Shown here one piece after another: positions 9,677-19,078 of a stretch of 32,000 nucleotides of DNA. The translations under genes were made by a program, and so were the position numbers. How positions within the stretch are numbered: position 1 is the stretch's first letter; each line of letters starts with the position of its first letter. The stretch is from Xanthomonas campestris pv. campestris str. ATCC 33913 (lineage in GTDB: Bacteria > Pseudomonadota > Gammaproteobacteria > Xanthomonadales > Xanthomonadaceae). The notes beneath the pieces are model-generated. The model had not been told where the DNA came from, did not search any database, and was given only the letters and a program-made list of their open reading frames with translations. The DNA lies in contig NC_003902.1 in the NCBI RefSeq assembly GCF_000007145.1, forward strand, positions 787,436-819,435, in the 5' to 3' direction.

Positions 9677-11557
9677 GTGATCGACAAGAATTTCCGTCTC
9701 AACCCGCTGACTGGCGCCATCTTGATGATGGCCCTGGGTGCTTCGGGCACCCTCGTTGCTGCCCCCGCGTTGCAGGTCAAGGAACCGACCCAAGCCGCGC
9801 CGGCCGCCAGCGATTTCAGCAGCCGGTTGATCGTGCGTTACAAGGACGGCACGGCCGCCGCGAGCGATCGCAGCAGCAAGCTGGGCGTGGTGCAATCGGC
9901 CGTGGGCCGTGCCGCACCGGTGACCGGTGCGCGTGCTGGCGCCACCGCCGCCAAGGCGACCTACCTGCGCAAGCTGGGCATTGGCTCGGACCTGATCAAA
10001 CTGTCCGGCACGCTGACCGCCGCACAGGTGGACAAGGTGGTGGTCGAGCTGAAGAACGACCCGTCCGTGGCCGAGGTGCAGATCGATCGCATGCTGCGTC
10101 CGGTCGAGATCAAGAAGAGCGTTGCCGCGACCGACGTAACCCCGCAGCTGGTCCCCAACGACCCGCTGTATGCGCAGTACCAGTGGCACCTGAGCAACCC
10201 CAACGGCGGCATCAACGCGCCGGCCGCATGGGATCTCTCGCAGGGTGCCGGCGTGGTGGTGGCGGTGCTGGATACCGGCATCCTGCCGGGCCATCCGGAC
10301 TTCGCCGGCAACCTGCTGCAGGGCTATGACTTCATCACCGACGCCGAAGTCTCGCGTCGCCCCACCGACGCCCGCGTCCCGGGCGCGCTGGACTACGGTG
10401 ACTGGGAAGAGGCCGATAACGTCTGTTACGACGGGTCGGTGGCACAGGAAAGCTCCTGGCACGGCACCCATGTCTCGGGCACCGTGGCCGAGGCAACCCA
10501 TAACGGTGTGGGCATGGCGGGCGTGGCGCCGAAGGCCACCATCCTGCCGGTGCGCGTGCTCGGCCGCTGCGGCGGCTACACCTCCGACATCGCCGATGCG
10601 ATCGTGTGGGCCTCCGGCGGTACGGTCGATGGCGTCCCCGCCAACACCAACCCGGCCGAAGTGATCAACATGAGCCTGGGCGGCGGCGAGCCCTGCGATC
10701 CGGCCACCCAGGTCGCGATCAATGGCGCGGTGTCGCGCGGTACCACCGTGGTGGTGGCGGCCGGCAACAGCGGCGAAGATGCGGCCAACCATTCGCCAGC
10801 CAGCTGCAACAACACCATCACCGTCGGCGCCACCCGCATCACCGGCGGCATCACCTACTACTCCAACTACGGCAGCAAGGTGGACCTGTCCGGTCCCGGC
10901 GGCGGCAGCGTGGACGGCAACCCGGGTGGTTACATCTGGCAGGCCGGCTACGACGGCGCCACCACCCCGACCTCCGGTAGCTATAGCTATATGGGTATTG
11001 GTGGCACCTCGATGGCGTCCCCGCACGTGGCCGGCGTCGTGGCCCTGGTGCAGAGCGCGTCGATCGGCCTGGGCGACGGCCCGCTGACCCCGGCGGCGAT
11101 GGAAGCCCTGCTCAAGCAGACCAGCCGCCGCTTCCCGGTGACCCCGCCGACCAGCACCCCGATCGGCAGCGGCATCGTCGACGCCAAGGCCGCGCTGGAA
11201 GCGGTATTGGTGGAGCCGTGCGACCCGGACACCGAGACCTGCGCGCCGGCCGCCATTGCCCTGACCAACAAGGCGCCGCTGACCGGCCTGAGCGGTGAGT
11301 ACAACAGCTCCACGTTGTACAGCTTCGAAGCCAAGGCGGGTGCGGTGCTGAGCTTCATGACCTACGGCGGCACCGGTAACGTGTCGGTCTACGTGAGCTT
11401 CGAAGCCGAACCCACCGCAACCGATTACGACGCCAAGTCCACCCGTCCGGGCAACAGCGAAACGGTGCGCTTCACCGCACCCAAGGCTGGCACCTACTAC
11501 ATCAAGCTGGTGGGTGCAGGGGACTACGCGAAGCTGACGCTCGTCGCGCGACAGTAA
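9677..11557 (+). CDS. Secreted subtilisin-family (S8) serine protease with propeptide and C-terminal PPC domain
   Basis: The preferred start is GTG 9677, with GAGGA 7 nt upstream, giving the signal peptide IDKNFRLNPLTGAILMMALGASGTLVAAPA. The track ORF starts at 9626. The catalytic triad contexts are VVVAVLDTGI (Asp), WHGTHVSGTVAE (His) and GGTSMASPHVAGVVAL (Ser). The C-terminal PPC domain reads ...TVRFTAPKAGTYYIKLVGAGDY. Confidence 0.9.
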   Translation: MIDKNFRLNPLTGAILMMALGASGTLVAAPALQVKEPTQAAPAASDFSSRLIVRYKDGTAAASDRSSKLGVVQSAVGRAAPVTGARAGATAAKATYLRKLGIGSDLIKLSGTLTAAQVDKVVVELKNDPSVAEVQIDRMLRPVEIKKSVAATDVTPQLVPNDPLYAQYQWHLSNPNGGINAPAAWDLSQGAGVVVAVLDTGILPGHPDFAGNLLQGYDFITDAEVSRRPTDARVPGALDYGDWEEADNVCYDGSVAQESSWHGTHVSGTVAEATHNGVGMAGVAPKATILPVRVLGRCGGYTSDIADAIVWASGGTVDGVPANTNPAEVINMSLGGGEPCDPATQVAINGAVSRGTTVVVAAGNSGEDAANHSPASCNNTITVGATRITGGITYYSNYGSKVDLSGPGGGSVDGNPGGYIWQAGYDGATTPTSGSYSYMGIGGTSMASPHVAGVVALVQSASIGLGDGPLTPAAMEALLKQTSRRFPVTPPTSTPIGSGIVDAKAALEAVLVEPCDPDTETCAPAAIALTNKAPLTGLSGEYNSSTLYSFEAKAGAVLSFMTYGGTGNVSVYVSFEAEPTATDYDAKSTRPGNSETVRFTAPKAGTYYIKLVGAGDYAKLTLVARQ

Positions 11558-11576
11558 TCGCTGCAATAGTGTGACC

Positions 11577-11613
11577 GAATGCCCCCGGCCAATCACCGGG
11601 GGCATTCGTTTTT
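11577..11613 (+). terminator. Rho-independent terminator of the protease gene
   Basis: GAATGCCCCCGG (11577-11588) / CCGGGGGCATTC (11596-11607) form a perfect 12-bp stem with a 7-nt loop, then GTTTTT. Confidence 0.75.
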
Positions 11614-11676
11614 CAGGGCCTTTCGCAGTGGTGCGGTTGATCGTCGCGGCAAACTGCTACAGTCGGCGCCGGACTT

Positions 11677-13416
11677 GTGGAGACGAGTGTGAACGCGGTT
11701 GCCGTCGATCCAATTGAGCAGCGAAGTGCAGAAACGCGCATCGTCGAAGCACTGCTTGAACGCCGTCGTCTGAAGGACACCGACCTGCTGCGCGCGCGCC
11801 AGTTGCAGGCCGAATCCGGCATGGGCCTGTTGGCGCTGCTGGGCCGGTTGGGGCTGGTGTCCGAGCGCGATCATGCCGAGACCTGCGCCGAGGTGCTCGG
11901 CCTGCCGCTGGTGGATGCACGCCAGCTCGGCGACACCCCGCCGGAAATGCTGCCTGAGGTGCAGGGCCTGTCGCTGCGCTTTCTCAAGCAATTCCATCTG
12001 TGCCCGGTCGGCGAACGCGACGGCCGGCTCGACCTGTGGATTGCCGATCCCTACGACGATTACGCAATCGATGCGGTGCGCCTGGCCACCGGACTGCCGC
12101 TGCTGCTGCAAGTAGGCCTGCGCTCGGAAATCGACGATCTGATCGAGCGCTGGTACGGGCAGGGCCGCAGCGCAATGGGCACGATCGTGGAAACCGCCGA
12201 CGGCGATGCCAGCAGCACCGACGACATCGAAGCGCTGCGCGATCTTGCCTCCGAAGCGCCGGTGATCCGCCTGGTGAATCTGGTGATCCAGCACGCGGTG
12301 GAATTGCGCGCCTCGGACATCCATATCGAACCGTTCGAAAGCCGGCTCAAGGTGCGTTACCGCGTGGATGGCGTGCTGGTGGAAGGCGAAAGCCCGCCGG
12401 CCAAGCTCACCGCCGCGGTGATCAGCCGCATCAAGATCATGGCCAAGCTCAATATCGCCGAGCGCCGCCTGCCGCAGGACGGCCGCATCATGCTGCGCGT
12501 GCAGGGCAAGGAGCTGGATCTGCGTGTCAGCACCGTGCCCACCGCGCATGGCGAGAGCGTGGTGATGCGTCTGCTCGATCGTGAAACGGTGGTGTTCGAT
12601 TTCTACAAGCTCGGCTTCACCGAAGACTTCCTGCCGCAATTTCGCAAGGTGCTCGAACAACCGCACGGCATCATGCTGGTCACCGGGCCCACCGGCTCGG
12701 GCAAGACCACCACGCTGTACACCGCGCTGAGCCAGCTCAACACCTCCGACGTCAAGATCATCACTGTCGAAGACCCGGTGGAATACCAGATCGAAGGCAT
12801 CAACCAGATCCAGGCCAAGCCGCAGATCGGGCTGGATTTCGCCAACGCGCTGCGCAGCATCGTGCGCCAGGATCCGGACATCATCATGATCGGCGAAATG
12901 CGCGATCTGGAAACCGCGCGCATCGCGATCCAGTCCGCGCTCACCGGCCACCTGGTGCTCTCCACACTGCACACCAACAACGCCGCTGGCGGCATCACCC
13001 GCCTGCTCGACATGGGCGTGGAAGACTATCTGCTGACCTCCACCATCAACGGCATCCTGGCCCAGCGCCTGGTGCGCAAACTCGACCTGGCCAACGCCGA
13101 ACGCTATGCCGCATCGCCGGAAGAGATCGAACGCTTCGACCTGCGCCGGCTGCAGCCAGACGGCGAGATCTTCCTGTATCGCCCGCGTGCCACGGCGGCA
13201 GCGCCCACCGGTTACCTGGGCCGCACTACCATCGTCGAGTTCCTGGTCATGAACGACGAACTCCGCCGCGCGGTGATGCGCCGCGCCGGCATGGGCGAGA
13301 TCGAGCAGTTGGCGCGCAAGTCCGGCATGCGCACCATGTACGAAGATGGCTTGTCCAAGGCCCTGCGTGGCGAAACCACCATCGAAGAAGTCCTGCGCGT
13401 CACGGAGGATGCGTGA
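11677..13416 (+). CDS. xpsE: Type II secretion ATPase GspE
   Basis: Walker A is GPTGSGKTTT and Walker B/Asp box is DPDIIMIGEMRD. The His box is TGHLVLSTLHTN, and the N-terminal GspE N1-type domain reads RIVEALLERRRLKDTDLLRARQLQAESG. The start is GTG 11677; an alternative GTG at 11689 has GGAGA 5 nt upstream. Confidence 0.95.
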   Translation: METSVNAVAVDPIEQRSAETRIVEALLERRRLKDTDLLRARQLQAESGMGLLALLGRLGLVSERDHAETCAEVLGLPLVDARQLGDTPPEMLPEVQGLSLRFLKQFHLCPVGERDGRLDLWIADPYDDYAIDAVRLATGLPLLLQVGLRSEIDDLIERWYGQGRSAMGTIVETADGDASSTDDIEALRDLASEAPVIRLVNLVIQHAVELRASDIHIEPFESRLKVRYRVDGVLVEGESPPAKLTAAVISRIKIMAKLNIAERRLPQDGRIMLRVQGKELDLRVSTVPTAHGESVVMRLLDRETVVFDFYKLGFTEDFLPQFRKVLEQPHGIMLVTGPTGSGKTTTLYTALSQLNTSDVKIITVEDPVEYQIEGINQIQAKPQIGLDFANALRSIVRQDPDIIMIGEMRDLETARIAIQSALTGHLVLSTLHTNNAAGGITRLLDMGVEDYLLTSTINGILAQRLVRKLDLANAERYAASPEEIERFDLRRLQPDGEIFLYRPRATAAAPTGYLGRTTIVEFLVMNDELRRAVMRRAGMGEIEQLARKSGMRTMYEDGLSKALRGETTIEEVLRVTEDA

Positions 13417-13536
13417 GAGCAGCGAGGGCGGCAACGCGCGCAGCATGCGCGAGATCTAACGTGGACTTTCAGGTAGTCCCACGCATGCGGTGTGATGCAA
13501 AGGCATTCACACCAACCCACTGCAGCGCCGCGCGTT

Positions 13537-13616
13537 TCCCAAATCCCAAATCCCGACCCCAAAATCCCCGAGACCAAGCGCCTCACCCCATTCCCGATTC
13601 CCAATTCCCAATTCCC
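13537..13616 (+). repeat. Two blocks of degenerate tandem heptamers in the xpsE-xpsF spacer
   Basis: Block 1 (13537-13571): TCCCAAA TCCCAAA TCCCGAC CCCAAAA TCCCCGA. Block 2 (13589-13616): CATTCCC GATTCCC AATTCCC AATTCCC. The same NATTCCC unit recurs at 24255-24275. Confidence 0.65.
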
Positions 13617-13630
13617 GGCCTCCCAGCCTA

Positions 13631-14848
13631 ATGCCCCTGTACCGCTACAAGGCGCTCGATGCGCACGGCGAAATGCTCGATGGTCAGATGGAAGCGGCCA
13701 ACGATGCCGAGGTGGCGCTGCGTCTGCAGGAGCAAGGCCACCTGCCGGTAGAAACGCGTCTGGCCACCGGCGAAAACGGTTCGCCGTCGTTGCGCATGCT
13801 GTTGCGGAAGAAGCCGTTCGACAATGCCGCGCTGGTGCAGTTCACCCAGCAGCTGGCCACGCTGATCGGCGCCGGGCAACCGCTGGACCGCGCGCTGTCG
13901 ATCCTGATGGATCTGCCCGAAGACGACAAAAGCCGCCGCGTCATCGCCGACATCCGCGACACCGTGCGCGGCGGCGCGCCGCTGTCGGTGGCGCTGGAAC
14001 GCCAGCACGGGCTGTTCTCCAAGCTCTACATCAACATGGTGCGCGCGGGCGAAGCCGGCGGCAGCATGCAGGACACCCTGCAGCGCCTGGCCGACTACCT
14101 GGAACGCAGCCGCGCACTCAAGGGCAAGGTGATCAACGCGCTGATCTACCCGGCGATCCTGCTGGCGGTGGTCGGCTGCGCGCTGCTGTTCCTGCTTGGC
14201 TATGTGGTGCCGCAGTTCGCGCAGATGTACGAAAGCCTGGATGTGGCATTGCCGTGGTTCACCCAGGCGGTGCTGAGCGTTGGCCTGTTGGTGCGCGATT
14301 GGTGGCTCGTGCTGGTGGTGATTCCTGGCGTGCTCGGTCTATGGCTGGATCGCAAGCGCCGCAATGCCGCGTTCCGTGCGGCGCTGGATGCCTGGCTGCT
14401 GCGCCAGAAAGTCATCGGCAGCCTGATCGCACGGCTGGAAACCGCGCGGCTCACGCGCACGCTGGGCACCTTGTTGCGCAACGGTGTGCCGCTGCTCGCC
14501 GCGATCGGCATCGCGCGCAACGTGATGTCCAATACCGCGCTGGTCGAAGATGTGGCCGCCGCGGCCGACGACGTCAAGAACGGGCATGGTCTGTCGATGT
14601 CGCTGGCGCGCGGCAAGCGATTCCCGCGGCTGGCGCTGCAAATGATCCAGGTGGGCGAGGAGTCGGGCGCACTGGACACCATGCTGCTCAAGACCGCCGA
14701 CACCTTCGAGCTGGAAACTGCGCAGGCCATCGACCGCGCGCTGGCCGCGCTGGTGCCCCTGATCACCCTGGTGTTGGCCTCGGTGGTGGGGCTTGTCATC
14801 ATTTCGGTGCTGGTACCGCTGTATGACCTCACCAATGCCATCGGTTGA
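13631..14848 (+). CDS. xpsF: Type II secretion inner-membrane platform protein GspF
   Basis: 405 aa. The N-terminus MPLYRYKALDAHGEMLDGQMEAANDAEVALRLQEQGHLPV is typical of GspF. It has a duplicated GspF/PilC-type cytoplasmic domain, three hydrophobic segments, and follows xpsE. Confidence 0.95.
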   Translation: MPLYRYKALDAHGEMLDGQMEAANDAEVALRLQEQGHLPVETRLATGENGSPSLRMLLRKKPFDNAALVQFTQQLATLIGAGQPLDRALSILMDLPEDDKSRRVIADIRDTVRGGAPLSVALERQHGLFSKLYINMVRAGEAGGSMQDTLQRLADYLERSRALKGKVINALIYPAILLAVVGCALLFLLGYVVPQFAQMYESLDVALPWFTQAVLSVGLLVRDWWLVLVVIPGVLGLWLDRKRRNAAFRAALDAWLLRQKVIGSLIARLETARLTRTLGTLLRNGVPLLAAIGIARNVMSNTALVEDVAAAADDVKNGHGLSMSLARGKRFPRLALQMIQVGEESGALDTMLLKTADTFELETAQAIDRALAALVPLITLVLASVVGLVIISVLVPLYDLTNAIG

Positions 14849-15112
14849 GCGTGGTGGCCGCGTGCGGCGCGCAGCAGGCGTAGATGTGCGCCTGGCAACC
14901 GGCATGCGCATCGCTGATGCCGCGCTGCCTGCCGGTTCTCTGCGTGCAATTGGCGACATCGCTTCGCATGCTGCCGCGCGCTCCCGTGTACACGCACCAC
15001 ATCCACCACAACGTTTCGGTGACCGCATGACACCCATGCGGGAACCATTGCAGTGCCGGCCGTGTCATCTTCTGGCGGCAGCATCCTTCATCGACGTGCA
15101 AGGAAATCGTTC

Positions 15113-15544
15113 ATGATCAAGCGTTCCATCACCCGCAGTCCGTCGCGCGCAGGCCAGGCCGGCATGAGCTTGCTGGAAATCATCATCGTCATCGTGCTGA
15201 TCGGCGCGGTGCTCACCCTGGTCGGCAGCCGCGTGCTCGGTGGTGCCGATCGCGGCAAGGCGAACCTTGCCAAGTCGCAGATCCAGACCCTGGCCGGCAA
15301 GATCGAGAACTTCCAGCTCGACACGGGTAAGTTGCCGAGCAAGCTCGATGACCTGGTCACCCAGCCCGGCGGCAGCAGCGGTTGGCTGGGCCCGTACGCC
15401 AAACCGGTCGAACTCAACGACCCGTGGGGCCACACCATCGAATACCGCGTGCCCGGCGATGGCCAGGCCTTCGACCTGATCAGCCTCGGCAAGGATGGCC
15501 GCCCTGGCGGCAGCAGCTACGACTCGGACATCAAGTACCAGTAA
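15113..15544 (+). CDS. xpsG: Type II secretion major pseudopilin GspG
   Basis: ATG 15113 is preceded by AGGAAA (15101-15106). The prepilin motif is AGQAG|MSLLEIIIVIVLIGAVL with Glu at +5, and the GspG-type C-terminus reads ...ISLGKDGRPGGSSYDSDI. The track ORF start at 15053 adds a non-signal-like extension. Confidence 0.93.
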   Translation: MIKRSITRSPSRAGQAGMSLLEIIIVIVLIGAVLTLVGSRVLGGADRGKANLAKSQIQTLAGKIENFQLDTGKLPSKLDDLVTQPGGSSGWLGPYAKPVELNDPWGHTIEYRVPGDGQAFDLISLGKDGRPGGSSYDSDIKYQ

Positions 15545-15554
15545 GCCGCAGCCC

Positions 15555-16064
15555 ATGCGCGTTGCGCGTCTGCCGTTGCTGCACCCGCACCGCGCTGCGC
15601 CCGTTGTGCGCAGGCAGCTGCGTGGCAGCTCGTTGCTGGAGATGCTGCTGGTCATCGCGCTGATCGCGCTGGCCGGTGTGCTGGCCGCCGCCGCGCTCAC
15701 CGGCGGCATCGACGGCATGCGTCTGCGCAGCGCCGGCAAGGCCATCGCCGCGCAACTGCGCTACACGCGCACCCAGGCCATCGCCACTGGCACGCCGCAG
15801 CGCTTTCTGATCGACCCGCAGCAGCGGCGTTGGGAAGCGCCCGGCGGCCATCACGGCGACCTGCCTGCTGCCCTGGAGGTGCGCTTCACCGGTGCGCGGC
15901 AGGTGCAATCGCGCCAGGACCAGGGCGCCATCCAGTTCTTCGCCGATGGCGCCTCCACCGGCGGGCGCATCGACCTGACTATCAAGGACGCGCGCTGGCG
16001 CGTGGACGTGGGCTGGATCACCGGCGAGGTGCGTTCCGGCCCGCTGCGGACGCCAGCGCCATGA
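15555..16064 (+). CDS. xpsH: Type II secretion minor pseudopilin GspH
   Basis: ATG 15555 lies 11 nt after the xpsG stop. The prepilin motif is QLRG|SSLLEMLLVIALIALAGV. At 169 aa its size and position fit GspH. Confidence 0.85.
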   Translation: MRVARLPLLHPHRAAPVVRRQLRGSSLLEMLLVIALIALAGVLAAAALTGGIDGMRLRSAGKAIAAQLRYTRTQAIATGTPQRFLIDPQQRRWEAPGGHHGDLPAALEVRFTGARQVQSRQDQGAIQFFADGASTGGRIDLTIKDARWRVDVGWITGEVRSGPLRTPAP

Positions 16065-16477
16065 AGCATCAGCGCGGCTATTCGTTGATCGAAGTGATCG
16101 TGGCCTTTGCGTTGCTCGCCTTGGCACTGACGCTGTTGCTGGGCTCCTTGTCCGGTGCGGCGCGGCAGGTGCGTGGGGCCGATGACAGCACCCGCGCCAC
16201 CTTGCATGCGCAGTCGTTGCTGGCCGTGCAGGGCATGGAACAACCGCTGGTGCCGGGGCAGCAGCAAGGCAGCCTGGAAGACGGGCATTTCCGCTGGTCA
16301 CTGGATGTGCGCCCCTACGACGAACCGCGTCGCAATGCCCAGGCGCCGGTAGACCCGAGCGCCCCCACGCTGCTGCAGCTCACCTTGGTGGTGCGGTGGG
16401 GCGAGCAACCCAACCAGCGCTTGTTATGGCGCACGTTGCGGCTGGTGACGGCCACCGCACAGGGCAACCCCGCGTGA
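16061..16477 (+). CDS. xpsI: Type II secretion minor pseudopilin GspI
   Basis: ATG 16061 overlaps the xpsH stop (ATGA). The prepilin motif is HQRG|YSLIEVIVAFALLALAL. 138 aa. Confidence 0.88.
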   Translation: MKHQRGYSLIEVIVAFALLALALTLLLGSLSGAARQVRGADDSTRATLHAQSLLAVQGMEQPLVPGQQQGSLEDGHFRWSLDVRPYDEPRRNAQAPVDPSAPTLLQLTLVVRWGEQPNQRLLWRTLRLVTATAQGNPA

Positions 16478-17112
16478 TGCGTCCGCGCGCTGCCGGGTTC
16501 ACCCTGATCGAAGTGCTGCTGGCCACGATGCTGCTGGTCGGCGGGCTGGCGCTGGCCTTTGCCACGTTGCGCTCGGCCAGCGCGATCAGCCAGCGCGGCG
16601 AAGCCATTGCGCAACGCAGCGAACGCACGCGCGCGGTAGAAGAATTCCTGCGTCGCCGGTTGTCCGCGGCGTTGCCGATCGCGATGGGCATCGATACGCA
16701 AAGCCAGCAACCAATGCTGTTCGTCGGCGAGCCGCAGCGCATGCGGTTTGCCGCCGATGTGCCGGATTATCTGGGCCGCGGCGGGCCGTATCTGCATGAC
16801 GTGTCGGTGGTGGGCGATGGCGAGCAGCGCACGCTCACCATTGCGCTGACCATGTTGCAGTCGGGCAAGGAGATCGAAGAAGGCAACGCCTTGCCGGCTG
16901 AAACGCTGGCCGATGACGTGCAGCAGGTGAGCTTTCGCTACCGCGGGCTCGATCCACAAAGCGGTGCGCTGAGCGGGTGGCTGCCGCAATGGGAATGGCA
17001 TGATCGCCTGCCCTTGCTGGTGCGCATCGACATCCGCAGCGGCGGCGCGGCCTGGCCGCCGGTGGTGGTGGCGCTGCCGCAGTCCGGCGGCGGTGGAGCG
17101 CTGGCGCAGTGA
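16477..17112 (+). CDS. xpsJ: Type II secretion minor pseudopilin GspJ
   Basis: ATG 16477 overlaps the xpsI stop (GTGATG). The canonical prepilin motif is [20 protein letters not shown]. 211 aa. Confidence 0.88.
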
Positions 17113-17960
17113 GGACGATGCGCGGTGCAGCGCTGGTGCTGGTGTTGTGGTTGATCGCCTTGCTTACCGCGATGATCGGCGCGTTTGCGTTGACCGCGCG
17201 CGTGGAAGCGCTGCAGGGGTCCATGCTGCGCAACGGCGGCCAGGCACAGGAATACGCACGCGCCGGCATGGAATACGCGCTGTCGCGCTTGAGCAGCGGC
17301 GAGCCGCAAGCGCGCTGGCGTCCGGACGGGCGCCGTTATCGTTGGCAGATGGACGATGCCAACGTGGAGATCCGCATCATCGATGAGAGCGGCAAGGTGG
17401 ATCTGAACATGGCCGAGCCAACGCTGCTCGCCGGGCTGGTGCGCGCAGTGGGTGGCGAAGCCGGGCGCGATGTGCGCCTGGCTGGCGCAATCGTGGATTG
17501 GCGCGATGGCGACACGCTCACGCAGCCGGGCGGTGGTGCGGAAGATCGCGACTACGCCGATGCCGGGCTGCCGTATGGCGCCAAGGATGGTCCGTTCGAA
17601 ACGCTGGGCGAATTGCGCCTGGTGCTGGGCATGGACGCAGAGCTGTACCGCAAGCTGTTGCCGCATGTCACCTTGTACAGCGGCCGTTCGCGCCCGGAAG
17701 CGCGCTTTGCCACCGGCCCGGTGCTCACTGCCATGGGTCTGGATGCCCAGCAACTGCTGGCGCAGCGTGACGCGCCGCTGGGTTTGCCAGGCAGCGACGC
17801 GACGCTTGGTGGGACAGACACTTATAGTATCGAGAGCCGGGCACGCCTGAGTCAGGGACGCGAGGCCGTGCTGCGTGCGGTCGTGCGCACCGGTGCGTCG
17901 GCCCTGCCCGGGTCCGCCTACACCGTTTTGCGTTGGGAAGAGGGAGCAGCAGTGCAATGA
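17109..17960 (+). CDS. xpsK: Type II secretion minor pseudopilin GspK
   Basis: GTG 17109 overlaps the xpsJ stop (alternative ATG 17118). The N-terminal helix [21 protein letters not shown] lacks Glu+5, as in GspK. GspK-like motifs are [13 protein letters not shown] and IVDWRDGDT. 283 aa. Confidence 0.9.
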
Positions 17961-19078
17961 CCGCGTGGCGGGATACCTTGGGACGCATTGGCGTTCGCGC
18001 CATGCCCGGCGCGGGCGGCTTCTGGCGTTGGTGGCAGCAATCGTTGCTGGCGTGGTTGCCGCAGCGCTGGCAGTGGCAGCTTGGCCTGTCGCAGTCACGG
18101 CTGCTATTGCAGCTGGATGGCGAGGCGCTGCAGTTGCTGCGTCAGCGCGACCAGACCAGCGACACCGTCGCCAGCCTGCCGTGGCCGGTGCAACCGCAGG
18201 AAGTGAACGCGCTGCTGCCCACCGCGCTGGAAGGCTTGCCGCAGCATTGGCTGCTGCCGGCCAGCCATGCGCTGCGCCGCCCGTTGCGGCTACCTGCCGC
18301 CGCCGCTGCACGCCTGCAGGACGTGGCGCGCTTCGAGATCGACCGGCAGACCCCGTTCACTGCCGACCAGGTGTACTTCGATGCACGCGTGCTCGACGTG
18401 CGCGAAGACGGCCAGCTCGATGCCGAGCTGGTGGTGGTGCCGCGGCGCATGATCGACGGCCCGGCCGGCGTGCCCGAGGCCTGGAGCAACGCGTTGTCCG
18501 GGATCGACGTGGCCGATGCGCGCGGCGCGCCGTTGGGCGTGAACCTGCTGCCGCCGGCCCGCCGCTTGCGCCGCAGCGACCCGATGCAACGCTGGAATCT
18601 GCTGCTCGCCGTCGCCGCGCTGGTGTTGCTCGCGGTGGCCGGCTGGCTGCTGCTGGACAACCGTCGCCAGGCCGCCGACGACCTGCGTGCCCAGGTGCAG
18701 GCCAACGCCGGGCGCGCGCGCCAGGTGGCCGCCGAGCGCCAGCAGTTGCTGGAACTGGTGGAGGGCGCAGCGTTCTTCCAGGAGCAACGTGCCACGCGTC
18801 CGACCTCGGTGGAAATCTGGGACGAATTGAGCCGCCGCCTGCCCAGCGGCACCTATCTGGAAAAGTTTTCGGTCGAGGGCGGGCAATTGCAGTTGATCGG
18901 TTTGAGCAAGGAGGCCTCCTCGCTGGTGCGCCGTCTGGAAGGTTCGCCGTTGTGGCACACGCCATCGCTGACCGGCGTGCTGCAGAGCGATGCCGGCCGC
19001 AACGTGGACCGCTTCACCATCACCGCCGAACTGGCCGGTCCCGATGCCAAGGAGGCCGCCGATGCCGCGCAGCGTTAA
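17957..19078 (+). CDS. xpsL: Type II secretion inner-membrane protein GspL
   Basis: ATG 17957 overlaps the xpsK stop (ATGA), giving 373 aa. A single central TM segment ([21 protein letters not shown]) separates cytoplasmic and periplasmic parts. The call rests on architecture and operon position; the track ORF start at 17933 lies inside xpsK. Confidence 0.82.

Noticed and set aside
9419..13446. Long minus-strand ORFs (728 aa and 617 aa) antisense to the protease gene and xpsE.
   Set aside because: They are Arg/Gly/Ala/His-rich low-complexity translations with no motifs. They are fully shadowed by plus-strand genes with unambiguous catalytic motifs. This is a typical high-GC antisense artefact.
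13537..13616. The possibility that the tandem heptamer blocks here and at 24255-24275 are a CRISPR array.
   Set aside because: The units are 7 bp and contiguous with no spacers. This is microsatellite/VNTR-type repetition, not a 25-40 bp repeat-spacer architecture, and no cas genes are present.
13492..14826. A 444-aa plus-strand ORF overlapping xpsF in another frame.
   Set aside because: The product is Arg/Ala/Gly/Pro-rich with no membrane segments. The xpsF frame gives a canonical GspF sequence.
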